Source: Chara braunii
Lineage: Eukaryota; Plantae; Charophyceae
Assembly: GCA_003427395.1 (NCBI GenBank)
Contig: BFEA01000044.1
Location: 1,031,219 to 1,087,094 of the forward strand
Length of the DNA: 55,876 bases
Direction of reading: 5' to 3'
The translations under genes were made by a program, and so were the position numbers. Shown in pieces: positions 24,704-36,154 of this stretch. The notes under the pieces were generated by a model. That model made no database searches and was not told where the DNA came from. It saw nothing but the letters and a program-made list of their open reading frames with translations. Numbering within the stretch: position 1 is the first letter of the stretch; the number at the start of each line of letters is the position of its first letter.

Positions 24704-24815
24704 CTAGGCGACTTGCTGAAAAACATGAGTTATGGTCAGTCTAGGCGACTTGCTGGAAAACACATGAGCTATGGTGAGTCTAGGCAACTTGCTGGAAAAC
24801 ATGAGCTATGGTGAC
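24704..24815. repeat. ~38-bp tandem repeat x3 inside gypsy 1 gag region
   Basis: ctaggcRacttgctgRaaaacatgagYtatggt repeated three times. Confidence 0.85.
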
Positions 24816-25091
24816 CTCGCCCTTGCTCGGCTATGGCAGTTAAGTGATCCCAGGTTGAAGGACGATCCGAGGCGCCTCTACTACGGCTGTGCTGATCCTC
24901 CAGGCTACCACGCCCCGCACTGAATCGGGGTTGGGGCTCATATGTTTAAAGTTAAAGATATCACCGAAAAGACCAGCACACCCTCACGACACTCGCTCTC
25001 GTTGCCGAATCAAGCCCGCCACTACCGCCGGCTATTTCTTACCAGGGGCACTTCTTCCTCCACCTCTTCTTCTTCTTCCACCGCCTTTAAC

Positions 25092-25204
25092 ATTTTTTTA
25101 TTTTTTTTTTTGGACCATTTCTCGATTTATGCGTGTCATCCTTGCGCAGGGGCCAAGCTAATCTTCTCTGTATCGTTCCAATTTTAACGGATGTCCCGAA
25201 GGAC
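25092..25204 (-). pseudogene. U6: Full-length U6 snRNA retrocopy with poly(A) tail and 12-bp TSD, inserted in gypsy 1
   Basis: Minus strand GTCCTTCGGGACATCCGTTAAAATTGGAACGATACAGAGAAGATTAGCTTGGCCCCTGCGCAAGGATGACACGCATAAATCGAGAAATGGTCCAAA + A-tail. TSD a(c/g)cgcctttaac at 25080-25091 and 25205-25216. Removing the insert restores the [14 protein letters not shown] reading. Confidence 0.96.
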
Positions 25205-26149
25205 AGCGCCTTTAACTTTTCTTCCTCTTCCTTTTTCAACTTTTCCATCTCCTCTTCCAACTATTTCTTTTTCGCCGCTTGCTCCTCCAATAAGGCCAAC
25301 TTCTTGGCCTGCTTCACCAACTCTCTCTTCTCTTTCTTGGCCTTTTGCTCGGCCAGAATCTTTGCGGCTTCCTCCTCCTGCTCCTTCGTGTAAGGAGTGG
25401 TCCCGGTACCACCCCTCGTCTGGACTCTACACGTAACGTGTGCCCAAAACCTGATGGGAACAAGAGACGCCAAAGGGTCTCCCAGAGGGTACATCGGGTA
25501 GTCATCCATGGTGATAGGTGCACGACAAGAGGCTATCCCACTCCTCACCACTTAGACCTAACCACTGACTGACAGCTGACTCTCTCAGGACTACAAAATC
25601 CCTTTGGGACCCTGTCAACTATGGTCTCTAGCCTAGACCTACTGCTAAGGCTGTCACTACAGGACTTTACTGTTGATCAGGAGGCATTTAAGGAGATACC
25701 CCATAACTCCTCAGGAATTCTTTAACGTCGCAAACAGGACGACGTGATCAGCAAGTCCTCTCAAGACTTAGACAAATGGTTGTGCAGCCCACAACTCCGA
25801 TTTGGGGCCAACCATGCCACACTGAGCAGCCCGCGGGTCTGTATCGGTCCTTGGGAGGGTTAGTCCTCCGGGATGTGTCAGTCGTCAGACATGGACAGCA
25901 GCCCTACTCAGCCCGTGTGGGTTTGGTCAACACAGGTCTATGACCACATACACGGAGTTCCTATCACCTAGACAAAGAGACTCAATGCAGAGAGAAGAGA
26001 CAGACAGACTCAGCAAGTACCATGGGGTGAGTGCACATCCATAGGGCGAGGGTATAGGCTGAAGGCTTGGCGAGATTATACCAACTCCAGCTTGGTCAAA
26101 TTCGTGGTCAACAGCTCCAGTCAACGCTGGTCATCGCTGGTCAACTCCC

Positions 26150-26270
26150 CGGTCAACACCTTGGTCAGCACCTTGGTCAGCACCTTGGTCAGCACCTTGG
26201 TCAGCACCTTGGTCAGCACCTTGGCCAGCACCTTGGTCAGCACCTTGGTCAGCACCTTGGTCAACACAGG
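26150..26270. repeat. 12-bp tandem repeat (cagcaccttggt) ~x9 in gypsy 1 leader
   Basis: Directly visible. Confidence 0.95.
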
Positions 26271-26908
26271 TCAACCGTCCGGTCAATGCCTCGGTCAACG
26301 CTCAACTCGACTATGGCTGCCGACCCTTTCTCTCCCACCAACCTTCACTTCCCTCCTTCTCTCTCCTTCCTCCTGTCTTCTTTCACCCCGGCTATAGCTT
26401 CTCTCTCCTTCTTCGTCCCTTCTTTCCTCTCCTCTTCGGCTATGATTTCTCTCTCCTTCTTCGTCTCTTCTTTCTCCTCTTCGGCTATGACTTCTCTCTC
26501 CGTGTCCGAGCTTGGCGGCTATGGCCGCCACCTCCTTCCTTGAACCGCACAATCAATCTTGTATTNNNNNNNNNNNNNNNNNNNNNNNNNNNNNNNNNNN
26601 NNNNNNNNNNNNNNNNNNNNNNNNNNNNNNNNNNNNNNNNNNNNNNNNNNNNNNNNNNNNNNNNNNNNNNNNNNNNNNNNNNNNNNNNNNNNNNNNNNNN
26701 NNNNNNNNNNNNNNNNNNNNNNNNCTCTCTCTTCTTCTTCTTCGTCGTTCCCTGTGCAGGTGCGCGGTGTGTTCTTGCAGCTATGGCGGACCCTTCTTCC
26801 TCAATGGCGCAACTGCTACTATGGCACCCAACTGGCGCTTCTTCTCTTCGCTCTATGGCACACTACTGACGTGGCGACGTGGCGCCTCTCTTGGAACAGC
26901 GGGAACCT

Positions 26909-26920
26909 GCTCTGATACCA
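26909..26920 (-). promoter_or_regulatory. Primer-binding site (tRNA-iMet) of gypsy 1
   Basis: Minus strand TGGTATCAGAGC, 1 nt from the LTR. Confidence 0.95.
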
Positions 26921-26921
26921 A

Positions 26922-27864
26922 TGCAATCAGACCCGTCTTCTCACTTTATTCGGCATGCATGAGAACAGATGGCAATTCACACTGGCGCCAGGCGCCCACA
27001 CAAAGCTCAGAGATATCAAGGCCGGGAACACAGTTCAGATTCAAACTCGCTTCAAAATGGCTATGGTGCCTGAGCGCCCTCACATCACCGTTCCGACACT
27101 GTATTCAGAGCAACTGTTCACACGCACACTACTCTGGATCTCCCTGGATGTTCCACGCACACACACACACACACTTCACACAACTCGCTCACACACGCAC
27201 GCTACAACCTATCTCTAACCTATGGCAGCTATGGCTTCCCTCCACTACTAACTACTAACGGTGATGGCCGCTTCTCCTCCCTCGCAGCCCCCTTCTATTT
27301 TGGGCATCTGCAGACCACCTCGCACAAGATGCTCGAGGCAGCGCTTCCACATGGCTCATGCAGAATGAATGAATAACTGGACGCTGCCTCTGGATTTATA
27401 CTTCTGTTGGCGGCTGGTCTGCTCCTTCCCACCAGGCCCAGGGTGCACACAGTCCCACATGGTACTTGGTGACTGGACACAGTGAGACTGGGACTGGGTA
27501 CCGCGGACTAGGCAAAGTTAGACTACCCACTTGCCCACTTGCCTCTGGTCTAACGCGAACAACTCTCGAAAGGCCACTTTCGGACCTTCCGGAAGTCTGT
27601 AGACTTGGCCTTTTGGAACTGTAGCAGCTACGACCTTGACCTTCCAGGACTGTAGCAGCTATGACTCCTACACAGCTACGACCCCTACGTGACAGACCTA
27701 CAAATCGAAACCCGACAACTACACAGACAACAACCAACTCCCAAAACACAGGTTACGGGTTCAAACATACAGGGGTCAACGTGGTACTGTACACGGGTGA
27801 GAACAAGGCTAGGGATCGAGCCCTAGGATCTACATCGGCTACTGCAAAGGTGAAAACCGTTTCA
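26922..27864 (-). repeat. 5' LTR of gypsy 1
   Basis: Homologous to 18591-19441; TG/CA ends. Confidence 0.93.
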
Positions 27865-28441
27865 CCAAAGTCCATGATGGGCAAAATAGCCAACAGTGGT
27901 CCCTTGGTCCCGGTAGCACCACAGGAGCAGAGCAGAAGTTCAGAACTTCAGAAGTGGAAGAGAAGTGCCATGCTGCTTCAGCTTGCTCAGGGAATGAGGT
28001 CTCCACGTCCCTGGTGGTAACTAAGGCTGCAGAGCATCATGCCAATGTGGACAAAAGCAAAGGGTAGCAGTGCAGTGTACAGCATCTGAAGCGGGAAATA
28101 AGGCGACAACTAACAGTCCCGCTGCGAGCAAAGGGTAACAGTGCAGTGTACGCCATGTAAGGCCCGAAATAAGTTGCCAACCAACGGTGCCATCAAATGC
28201 ATGAGGTGTCCGTTATCTTTCAAGGAACACAGACTTAGGGGACGAGGCTGTTAAAAGTGAACAAAGAAGGTACCTGTACTTGTGTAACTTACAGAAGAAG
28301 TGGAATCTGTATGCCAGTCTACCCATCATGATGATGACTGATAGCGGTCGTGATCGAGCTCGAATGTTTGCGTGCACAAGGACACAGGTGAATGCAGAAG
28401 GTGGAAGAGAGGGAGACGGACATGGTGTGTGTGCACGTATG

Positions 28442-28443
<2 letters not shown>

Positions 28444-28530
<87 letters not shown>

Positions 28531-28531
28531 N

Positions 28532-28597
<66 letters not shown>
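28444..28597. repeat. (GA)n microsatellite
   Basis: Directly visible; contains one N. Confidence 0.95.
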
Positions 28598-28600
<3 letters not shown>

Positions 28601-28700
28601 GAACTCATGAGTTATTTACTGACAAATTACATATATACCATTCAGCTACGTAGGCTGGGTTGCCTGCACTTTTTTTGCTCGTGAGCGACAATGCAAGGAT

Positions 28701-29786
28701 TGCAATGAATTGCAGTGCTACAAGCGGGCTGAATGCTAATTTTGTCCAGTTTGTTGTGTCAGGACTTGATCCCGCAACCTTTGTTTGCTGTTTGCTTGTT
28801 TTGAGCCTTGCAGGACTTGATCCAGTGACCTGTAACTTGTGTGTGTTTTGTTTGTTAGTGTTGCGTCCTCCGGGACTTGATCCCTAGCGATCTCTGTTTG
28901 GTAGTCTTAGGCCAATTGGCCTTTTACTTTTGCCCTGTTTGGTAGTCTTAGGCCATTTTGCCCCTTTTCCTGTTTCCTGGGTAGGCCCAGTGGAGTCGTA
29001 GGTTGCTCTCCTAGGTCTAGTCCGGGAGTAGAAGTAGCTGGCAGGAAATTAGTTTCAGGTCTTTTGCATCTTGTTTTGACTGGGGAAACTCTGCCCGTCT
29101 GTTGCTGGAGCGCTGCTGCGCTATTTTGGGCAAGGTCATCTTCTTCCTCGAAGCCCAGCCATAGCTGGGGTTGGGAAATGAAATTGAAGACTGCACTGCT
29201 GCTATTTCGCAGCTCTGCATGAGGGCTTCTACAGGACTGTGTTGTTTGGTTTGGGCGCTGCCATTTCCACTTGGCAGCCATATCTGCTGTTCCTCCTCAT
29301 GAGGAACTTCATCTTCTTCAAAGTGCTGGATCGACTGCCTCCTTCTTCATCAGCACTTCCAGCGCTGCAATTCCGTGCGGGCTATGAGCTGGCGCTGCTA
29401 TCATTGGGGTTGCTGGTTCAGATTGGCACGTTGTGACAGCTGTGGGGTTACTGCTGCTACGGCAGCCATAACCAGGGGCATGAGGTGGCAAGGAGGAAGA
29501 AGAAGACTCCTGCATACTTCGCTGAACATTTGTTTTTCGTTGTTCGGGGTTGTTGACAACGCGGTTGTGATTCTTGGAAAAAGTACTCTGGATTGATTGG
29601 AGGAGGACGGGGGATTGGAGCATTGAAATTCGTTTTTCTATTCTCTGTTTATTTTCAGCTTCCGCTGTGCATATCTCCTCTCCGGTTTTGTGTGGATTTG
29701 CTTCCTTCGAATCTACTCTGCAATTGCATGCATGAATGGGAACGTGTGAATTCACTGTGGATTGAAGTTCAATTGGGTACATAGCA
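28701..29786 (+). repeat. 5' LTR of gypsy 2
   Basis: Starts tgcaatgaattg, ends ...atagca before the PBS; homologous to 41302-42227. Confidence 0.9.
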
Positions 29787-29788
29787 GT

Positions 29789-29800
29789 TGGTATCAGAGC
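29789..29800 (+). promoter_or_regulatory. Primer-binding site (tRNA-iMet) of gypsy 2
   Basis: TGGTATCAGAGC. Confidence 0.95.
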
Positions 29801-30970
29801 TGCGACTGTGTGCCCCCGGTGAGCAATTGAGTGGCAACCTCCTTTCTGAGCAGGGGTTGGAGTAAGGAAGTGTCGTCCGCTTTCTTCAACGGACGTCGTT
29901 GGTGAGAGGTGGTGAAATGTAGTGTGCAAGGGGAGAATTACCGCAATCAAAAAAAAAAAAAAAAAGATGTGACGTGGCAGAACGACCGTGTGAAGTTTCA
30001 GCCAGCGATAGTGGATTTGACCGGTGCGTCAACCCTAAGTAGCATGGTAGACCTGAGTGTTGGGTGACCCTTAAGTCGCAAACCTTGCCTGTAGACGGCA
30101 GGGGACAAGCGTTTGGGCCGCTGCTGGGGTTACTTCGACAAGCTGTTGATTAGAAGACTCAGGGGGAGATTTGCTGCAGGTCTGACATTAACATCAGATT
30201 GCTCTACGGCGATCTGCTGCAGTGGCTGGTAAACGGTTGACCACCCAGATATCTTCAATCAAGGCTTGCTCAAGTGAGTTCATCCCGTGGATTTCCTGGC
30301 CCGACGTCAGACCCTGTCAATGTCTTTCAGAGTCTGTCAGCGTCAGTCCGCGTGCAGTCTAAGATCAGATTGGTCAGTGCTGACCCCGTCTCTGAGTCCG
30401 TTCTAATCTGATGACGGGAATGCTATTGACGTACCCTGACCTCAACGTGATTGCCAGTCAGTTCTACAAGTGCCAACCATAAACGGTGTCTGTCCCAACC
30501 GTCAGTTTTGGTCTGTCAGTTGGTCCTGTCAGTTGGCAATTACTATAGGCAGTCAGAAAACGGTCAGCCCGGTAATGATGACTGCATTTGTGGTAAAAGA
30601 GGTCTGCTCCAGTTTTTATTTTATTCTTCTGATTGCATTGAATAAGGTCTCTCTCTCTCTTGCTGTGGAGTGCTAACGGTTTCGGGAAGGCTCTGCGGCG
30701 AGCCTGATCAAAAACAACTTGTATTTCGGATCGGGCTCCAGGCTCAGATGTAGCCGTTCCGTTGACTATTTTGGCAGTTTGCCCGAGCCTGAAACCTCCC
30801 AGACTGTTGTCTGACATTTGACACTACCAGCCGTGTTCCCCATACCTTTAAACAACACAGGCTAACTCTCGTTATCTGAGTTCTGAGTGCGAACGATAAT
30901 CTGAGTTATTTTACTTTTATTTCATTTGTAATTTTGTATCCATCTGACAAATAAAAGTTAAAAGACCAGA

Positions 30971-33900
30971 ATGTCGGAGGTGAAGAAGGAGGTGGCTGAA
31001 GGCGGGGAAACACCCACGCCTGTCAGAGAGGGGAAAGAGGAAATAATAGTGGAGGACCCGGTGGATGCCGCACTGCGAGCAGCAAAGGAAATTGCTGCCA
31101 AAGCTCAGAGGGAAGTAGAGAGAATTGAAAGGGAAAAGCCTGAGGCGATCCAGAGAGGAAAGACAACAGCCAAACAAGCTGAGCTTCTGGAGAGCTTTGT
31201 GAAGGCCAAGACTGATGGCCGTATTTCTGATATTATTCAGAATCTTGCAGAGTGGGCCCTGCTGGAATCCGCCCATACCAGGAACGTTTTCACGTTCTGG
31301 GACAACAGGATCACCGCCGTAGAGACCAGACTGGCCTCAATGAACGCCACCCTGCAACGACTATCAGATGCCTTCTTCGGGCAGTTTCCACCATCTCCTA
31401 CCCCTACTCCTACACCTACTCCTCCACCCACTCCTCCTCCTACCCCTCCACCCGTGACACCACCACCATAGCAATCCCATCCTGAAACTGTGCCCACATA
31501 GGGACCGAGTTCTGGCTATGTACAGCCTGAACAGCGGTTTCCCAAGATGGCCCAGCCTGAGAAGTTCAATGGGGAAGACCCCAAAGTGGACGTCTCAGAC
31601 TGGATAGCCCAAATGAGGCCATGCCTCAGGGGCTATACCTGTCCAAAAGCGGACAAGGTACGAGCCACAATGGCCCTTCTGGCAGGGGCTGCGCTGAAGT
31701 GGGCAACTTCTGAGGCCAACAAGGCCCATATTGCAGCTAGATGATGGATTGTTTGTGACTGGACTAGACTCGATCTTTCAGGGTCTGGAAACCAGGTTTG
31801 CTGATAAGGAAAAAGGGCCGCAAGGCCGCTGATGAGCTTGTGAGACTAGGCCAGGGTAACTAGCGAGGATCTCTCTCTAAGCTCTATGCTAAGTGGGAAC
31901 GACTAACATCAACTCCTAGTTTGGAAATGTATGAGCATGATAATCTGACATGGTTTGGCAGAGCTTCTGCACACACATACTCCAAGGCCTTATACACTGC
32001 AGGCCACAAGGATTGGATGTCTTTTGGCAGGGCAGCACGGGACATGGAGGCCACCCTCCATCTCCAGTCCTCTTCCCACAAGGGAAGCACCTCCTCGTCC
32101 CAGAGCAGGAGAACGGAAAAAGAAGGATTTTATGTTGTAGGTTCTGATGATGACTCTGCAGGCTCTGACCAAGGGGGATCTGCTTCCCCAACTGGTCTAG
32201 ATGCAGGAGACACATCAGATCGGGCGGCCTTGCTGTTGGGTCAGACTCTAATGAGCTTCATGAAGGGCAAAAGTCAGTTTCAGCCCCAAAAGACCACCAG
32301 TCCCAAGGGTTCAAGCAAACGCCCAAGTGGCCAGCAAGCACCCAACCTTCCAAAGGGTGCCCAATGTCCAGCTAACCCTATGGATCCTGCAACATTTCCT
32401 TGGAGAGATCTCAAAATTGTAGAGGGAACATGGCAAAAGAGAAAGGATCAGGGAGTTTGCCTGCGTTGTGCAAAGAAGCACTTCGTCAAAGACTTCCCTA
32501 CGTGGGGCATCAAGGGAATAAAATTACTGAGCAGGCCAACATAGGTAGCAGCCACCCCTGTTGAAGTGCATTCACCCTCTGTGGAAGGTGAATTAGTCCA
32601 TGAGCATGTGTGTATGGAGGTTGCAACCGACTCTCTATATTTGTACACTAAGCCTTTTTTGGATGAACCCTTATCTGAGGAGGCAATTGATCAACTTTGA
32701 ACTCTTCATCTCGAACTAAAGGAGGAAAGAAAAGTGAAGTCAGATCTGATCTTTCTCAAACTCTGATCAACAGAATCCAAATCAAGGCGCTCTTAGACTG
32801 TGGTGCTACACAAAATTTCATATCCTCTGCAGGGGTACAAAAACTCCACCTGGGACTCAAAGTCTCAGACCTTGAGCATCCCTTATGCATGCAGGTTGGG
32901 ATGTTCAGTCTTTCACACTCCAATAGATCATCAAAGGTGTGTCAGCCACCTTGGATGCCAAAGGAGAAGTCAGACATAGTCTGGACTTCTATGTGTTCCC
33001 ACACTTGCCTTTTGATCTGGTTCTGAGCCTGAAATGGTTGAGGGCAACTAATCCTGTATTGATTGGGTTGTGCCAGTATTTGGTTAAAGACTGGATAGGG
33101 TGAGCTTAGACAGTTTGTCTTAGCAACATACTATCACCCTAAGACAGGTTGTTATTGCCTGAAGGCATCAGAATTCTACAACTTGTCTAAACAAACCGAC
33201 CATCAAAATCTCTTTGTGACCTACGTGACACAAACTAATTTATCCAGCCCTCAGTGTGATCCATCATCCAGAAAGTGGTTGATGAGTATGACGACTTAGC
33301 TCAAGAGCCTTTTGGACTTATCCATAGGCAGATCAAACACCGCATTGAGACCCTCCCCGACTCTACCCCTCCAGAGGGCAGAGTATATAGAATGTCTCCC
33401 GCTGAGCTAGATGAGCCGAGACATCGACTGAGAAGGGTTGGATCAGGCCCAGTTCATCTGAGTATGGGGCACCAGTTCTCTTTGTCCCAAAGGGAAATGG
33501 TCAACTCAGGATGTGTATTGACTACAGGGACATGAACAAGATCATTAGGAAGAGCTCAAAGCCCTTGCCTAGGATCGACGATTTGCTGGATTTGGTGCAA
33601 GGCTGCAAAGTCTTCAAGAAAATCGATCTGAAATCCGGGTATCATTAGATCGAAATGGCTAAGGAGGATGTTCAGAAAACTGCCTTCAAAACCCGGTATG
33701 ACACCTACGAGTTTCTGGTCATGCCTTTGGGGTTATGCAATGTGCCATGAACCTTTCAGACGGAAATGAGCAAGATCTTCAAACCCTTTCTAGATCGTTT
33801 TGTTGTGGTCTACCTGGATGATATTCTGGTGTTCAGCAAGAACACTGTTGACCATGCTGATCATCTCAGGAAAGTTCTGCAGATTCTCAGAGAAAACAAA

Positions 33901-35047
33901 TACAAAATAAATGCAGAAAAATCATCTTTTGGTGCTTCATCTGTCTTGTATTTGGGACATGTGATTTCTGCAGATGGTCTTTCCCCCGAAGCCTCCAATG
34001 TTGCTGTTGTTAGGAATTAACCACAACCACAAACTGTTAGGGACATTAGATCTTTCATGGGTCTGGCATCTTACTATAGGGATTTTATCAGAAACTTCTC
34101 TATTGTGGCCACTCCCCTAACTAACATGTTGGCGAAAGATGTTCCTTTCAGATGGACACCTACATGCCAATTGGCTTTCTCTAGATTGAAGAAAGCCTTG
34201 ACCCAAGCACCTGTGTTGAAGCTCCCTGACCCTACCCTTCCATTTGTGTTGATCAATGATGCCAGTCAGTATGATGCAGAGGCTGGCCTTCAACAAGATG
34301 ACAGGTCTGGCCTTAAGCCTGTAGAGTTCATGAGCAAGAATATCAAGGCTCAAAAGATCCAAGCATCTACTTATGAGAAAGAACTGTTTGCCCTTGTATG
34401 TGCCCTCAAACAATGGAAAAACTTCTTGGTGGGAAGACACTTCAAGATCTCTTCTGATCATTCGACCTTGCAGTGGATGAAGACCCAGGGGGAGCTGAAT
34501 GATAAGTTGGCGAGATACATTCAGTTCATTGACTCTTTTGACTTTGAACTGAAGCACAAAAAGGGATGTTATAACAGAGTAGCTGATGCACTTTCTCGTA
34601 GGCCTGACACTTTTGCTGCCACTGCTCAGACCTACTCGCTTGGAGACTCCACTCGCCAGACCATTGCTGATGCGTTGCCTCATGACCCTATCTTTGGACC
34701 CATTGTCCTAAATCTGCAGGCCGATCCCAATTCTGCATCAGGCTATGCCTTGACTTCAATCCTCCTGTATACTATCAACGAGGGTGAGGAACGTCTGTGT
34801 ATCCCTAATGATCGCAAGATCATAACTCATCTGATTTCAGAGAGTCATGATGCACGTGGTCACTTCGGATTTTTGAAGACTTATGCTGCCCTGATCCAGC
34901 GCTTCTACTGGCCAAAAGTGAGTGAGGACATACTCCACTACTTAGAGACTTGTGAAGTGTGTGAAATGAATAAGGTCCACAAAATACCTACTATGGGACT
35001 GCTCAAACCTGTACCAATCCATGAAGGGCCAGGTGAGTCTGTGTCTG
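30971..35047 (+). pseudogene. gag-pol of gypsy 2 (gag with Pro-Thr tract, protease LLDCGA, RT YLDD, RNase H, integrase zinc finger)
   Basis: ORFs 30971, 31547 (PEKFNGE), 31921, 32697, 33275, 33766 and 34057; stops and frameshifts. Confidence 0.93.
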
Positions 35048-35143
35048 AACTTCTATGTGTTGCCACAATTGCCTTTTGATCTGGTACTGACCCTAAAATG
35101 GTTGAGGGCAATTAGTCCATGCATTGACTGGGTTGTGCTCGTA

Positions 35144-35484
35144 TCCGTATACTACTAAAGGAAACAGTGGTCCTCACATGGGGCCCAACAGAAACCGGGT
35201 GCCTCCGCGCGGGACCGGTTACGGGCAACAGGCAAGGGGGAACTGGTGGCACTCGCGGCGACGGCCGGACAAATGCTGGCGGGAACTGGCGACAACTTTG
35301 ACGAGTAGGGGGAAAAAAGGCCTTGGGGAAAGCTGCGACGAGGACGAGGGCCGGACACACGAAGACTTGCCAAAAAAAGGTTGTGCCGACACGCGCGATA
35401 ACTAGCGAAAAAAAAGGGTGGGGAATTGGCACAAGCGGCAACGGGGAATGAACGACACGATCTCGGTGGCGCCAAAGGTGGGGG

Positions 35485-35558
<74 letters not shown>

Positions 35559-36103
35559 NNNNNNNNNNNNNNNNNNNNNNNNNNNNNNNNNNNNNNNNNN
35601 NNNNNNNNNNNNNNNNNNNNNNNNNNNNNNNNNNNNNNNNNNNNNNNNNNNNNNNNNNNNNNNNNNNNNNNNNNNNNNNNNNNNNNNNNNNNNNNNNNNN
35701 NNNNNNNNNNNNNNNNNNNNNNNNNNNNNNNNNNNNNNNNNNNNNNNNNNNNNNNNNNNNNNNNNNNNNNNNNNNNNNNNNNNNNNNNNNNNNNNNNNNN
35801 NNNNNNNNNNNNNNNNNNNNNNNNNNNNNNNNNNNNNNNNNNNNNNNNNNNNNNNNNNNNNNNNNNNNNNNNNNNNNNNNNNNNNNNNNNNNNNNNNNNN
35901 NNNNNNNNNNNNNNNNNNNNNNNNNNNNNNNNNNNNNNNNNNNNNNNNNNNNNNNNNNNNNNNNNNNNNNNNNNNNNNNNNNNNNNNNNNNNNNNNNNNN
36001 NNNNNNNNNNNNNNNNNNNNNNNNNNNNNNNNNNNNNNNNNNNNNNNNNNNNNNNNNNNNNNNNNNNNNNNNNNNNNNNNNNNNNNNNNNNNNNNNNNNN
36101 NNN

Positions 36104-36154
<51 letters not shown>

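Larger units (their letters stand above)
19480..25510 (-). pseudogene. gag-pol of gypsy 1 (E/K-rich N-terminus, gag, CCHC, protease LIDSGA, RT, RNase H, integrase, chromodomain); many stops and frameshifts
   Basis: [24 protein letters not shown] (degenerate YLDD), TTDAS, H-x4-H...CKVC, YRGPW, chromodomain in 19480-19755. Confidence 0.95.
18591..27864 (-). mobile_element. Full-length Ty3/gypsy chromovirus LTR retrotransposon, decayed
   Basis: Two TG...CA LTRs, 4-bp TSD CCAA (18587-90, 27865-68), iMet PBS, PPT, and gag-PR-RT-RH-IN-chromodomain order. Confidence 0.95.

Noticed and set aside
25109-25204. Functional U6 snRNA genes (also 46804-46901)
   Set aside because: Poly(A) tails, TSDs, no oligo-T terminator, upstream sequence is simply the target site, and the second copy has a mutated ACAGAGA box.
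26150-26270. CRISPR-like appearance of short repeats (also 24704-24815, 17350-17475)
   Set aside because: Head-to-tail repeats without unique spacers, no cas genes, eukaryotic TE context.
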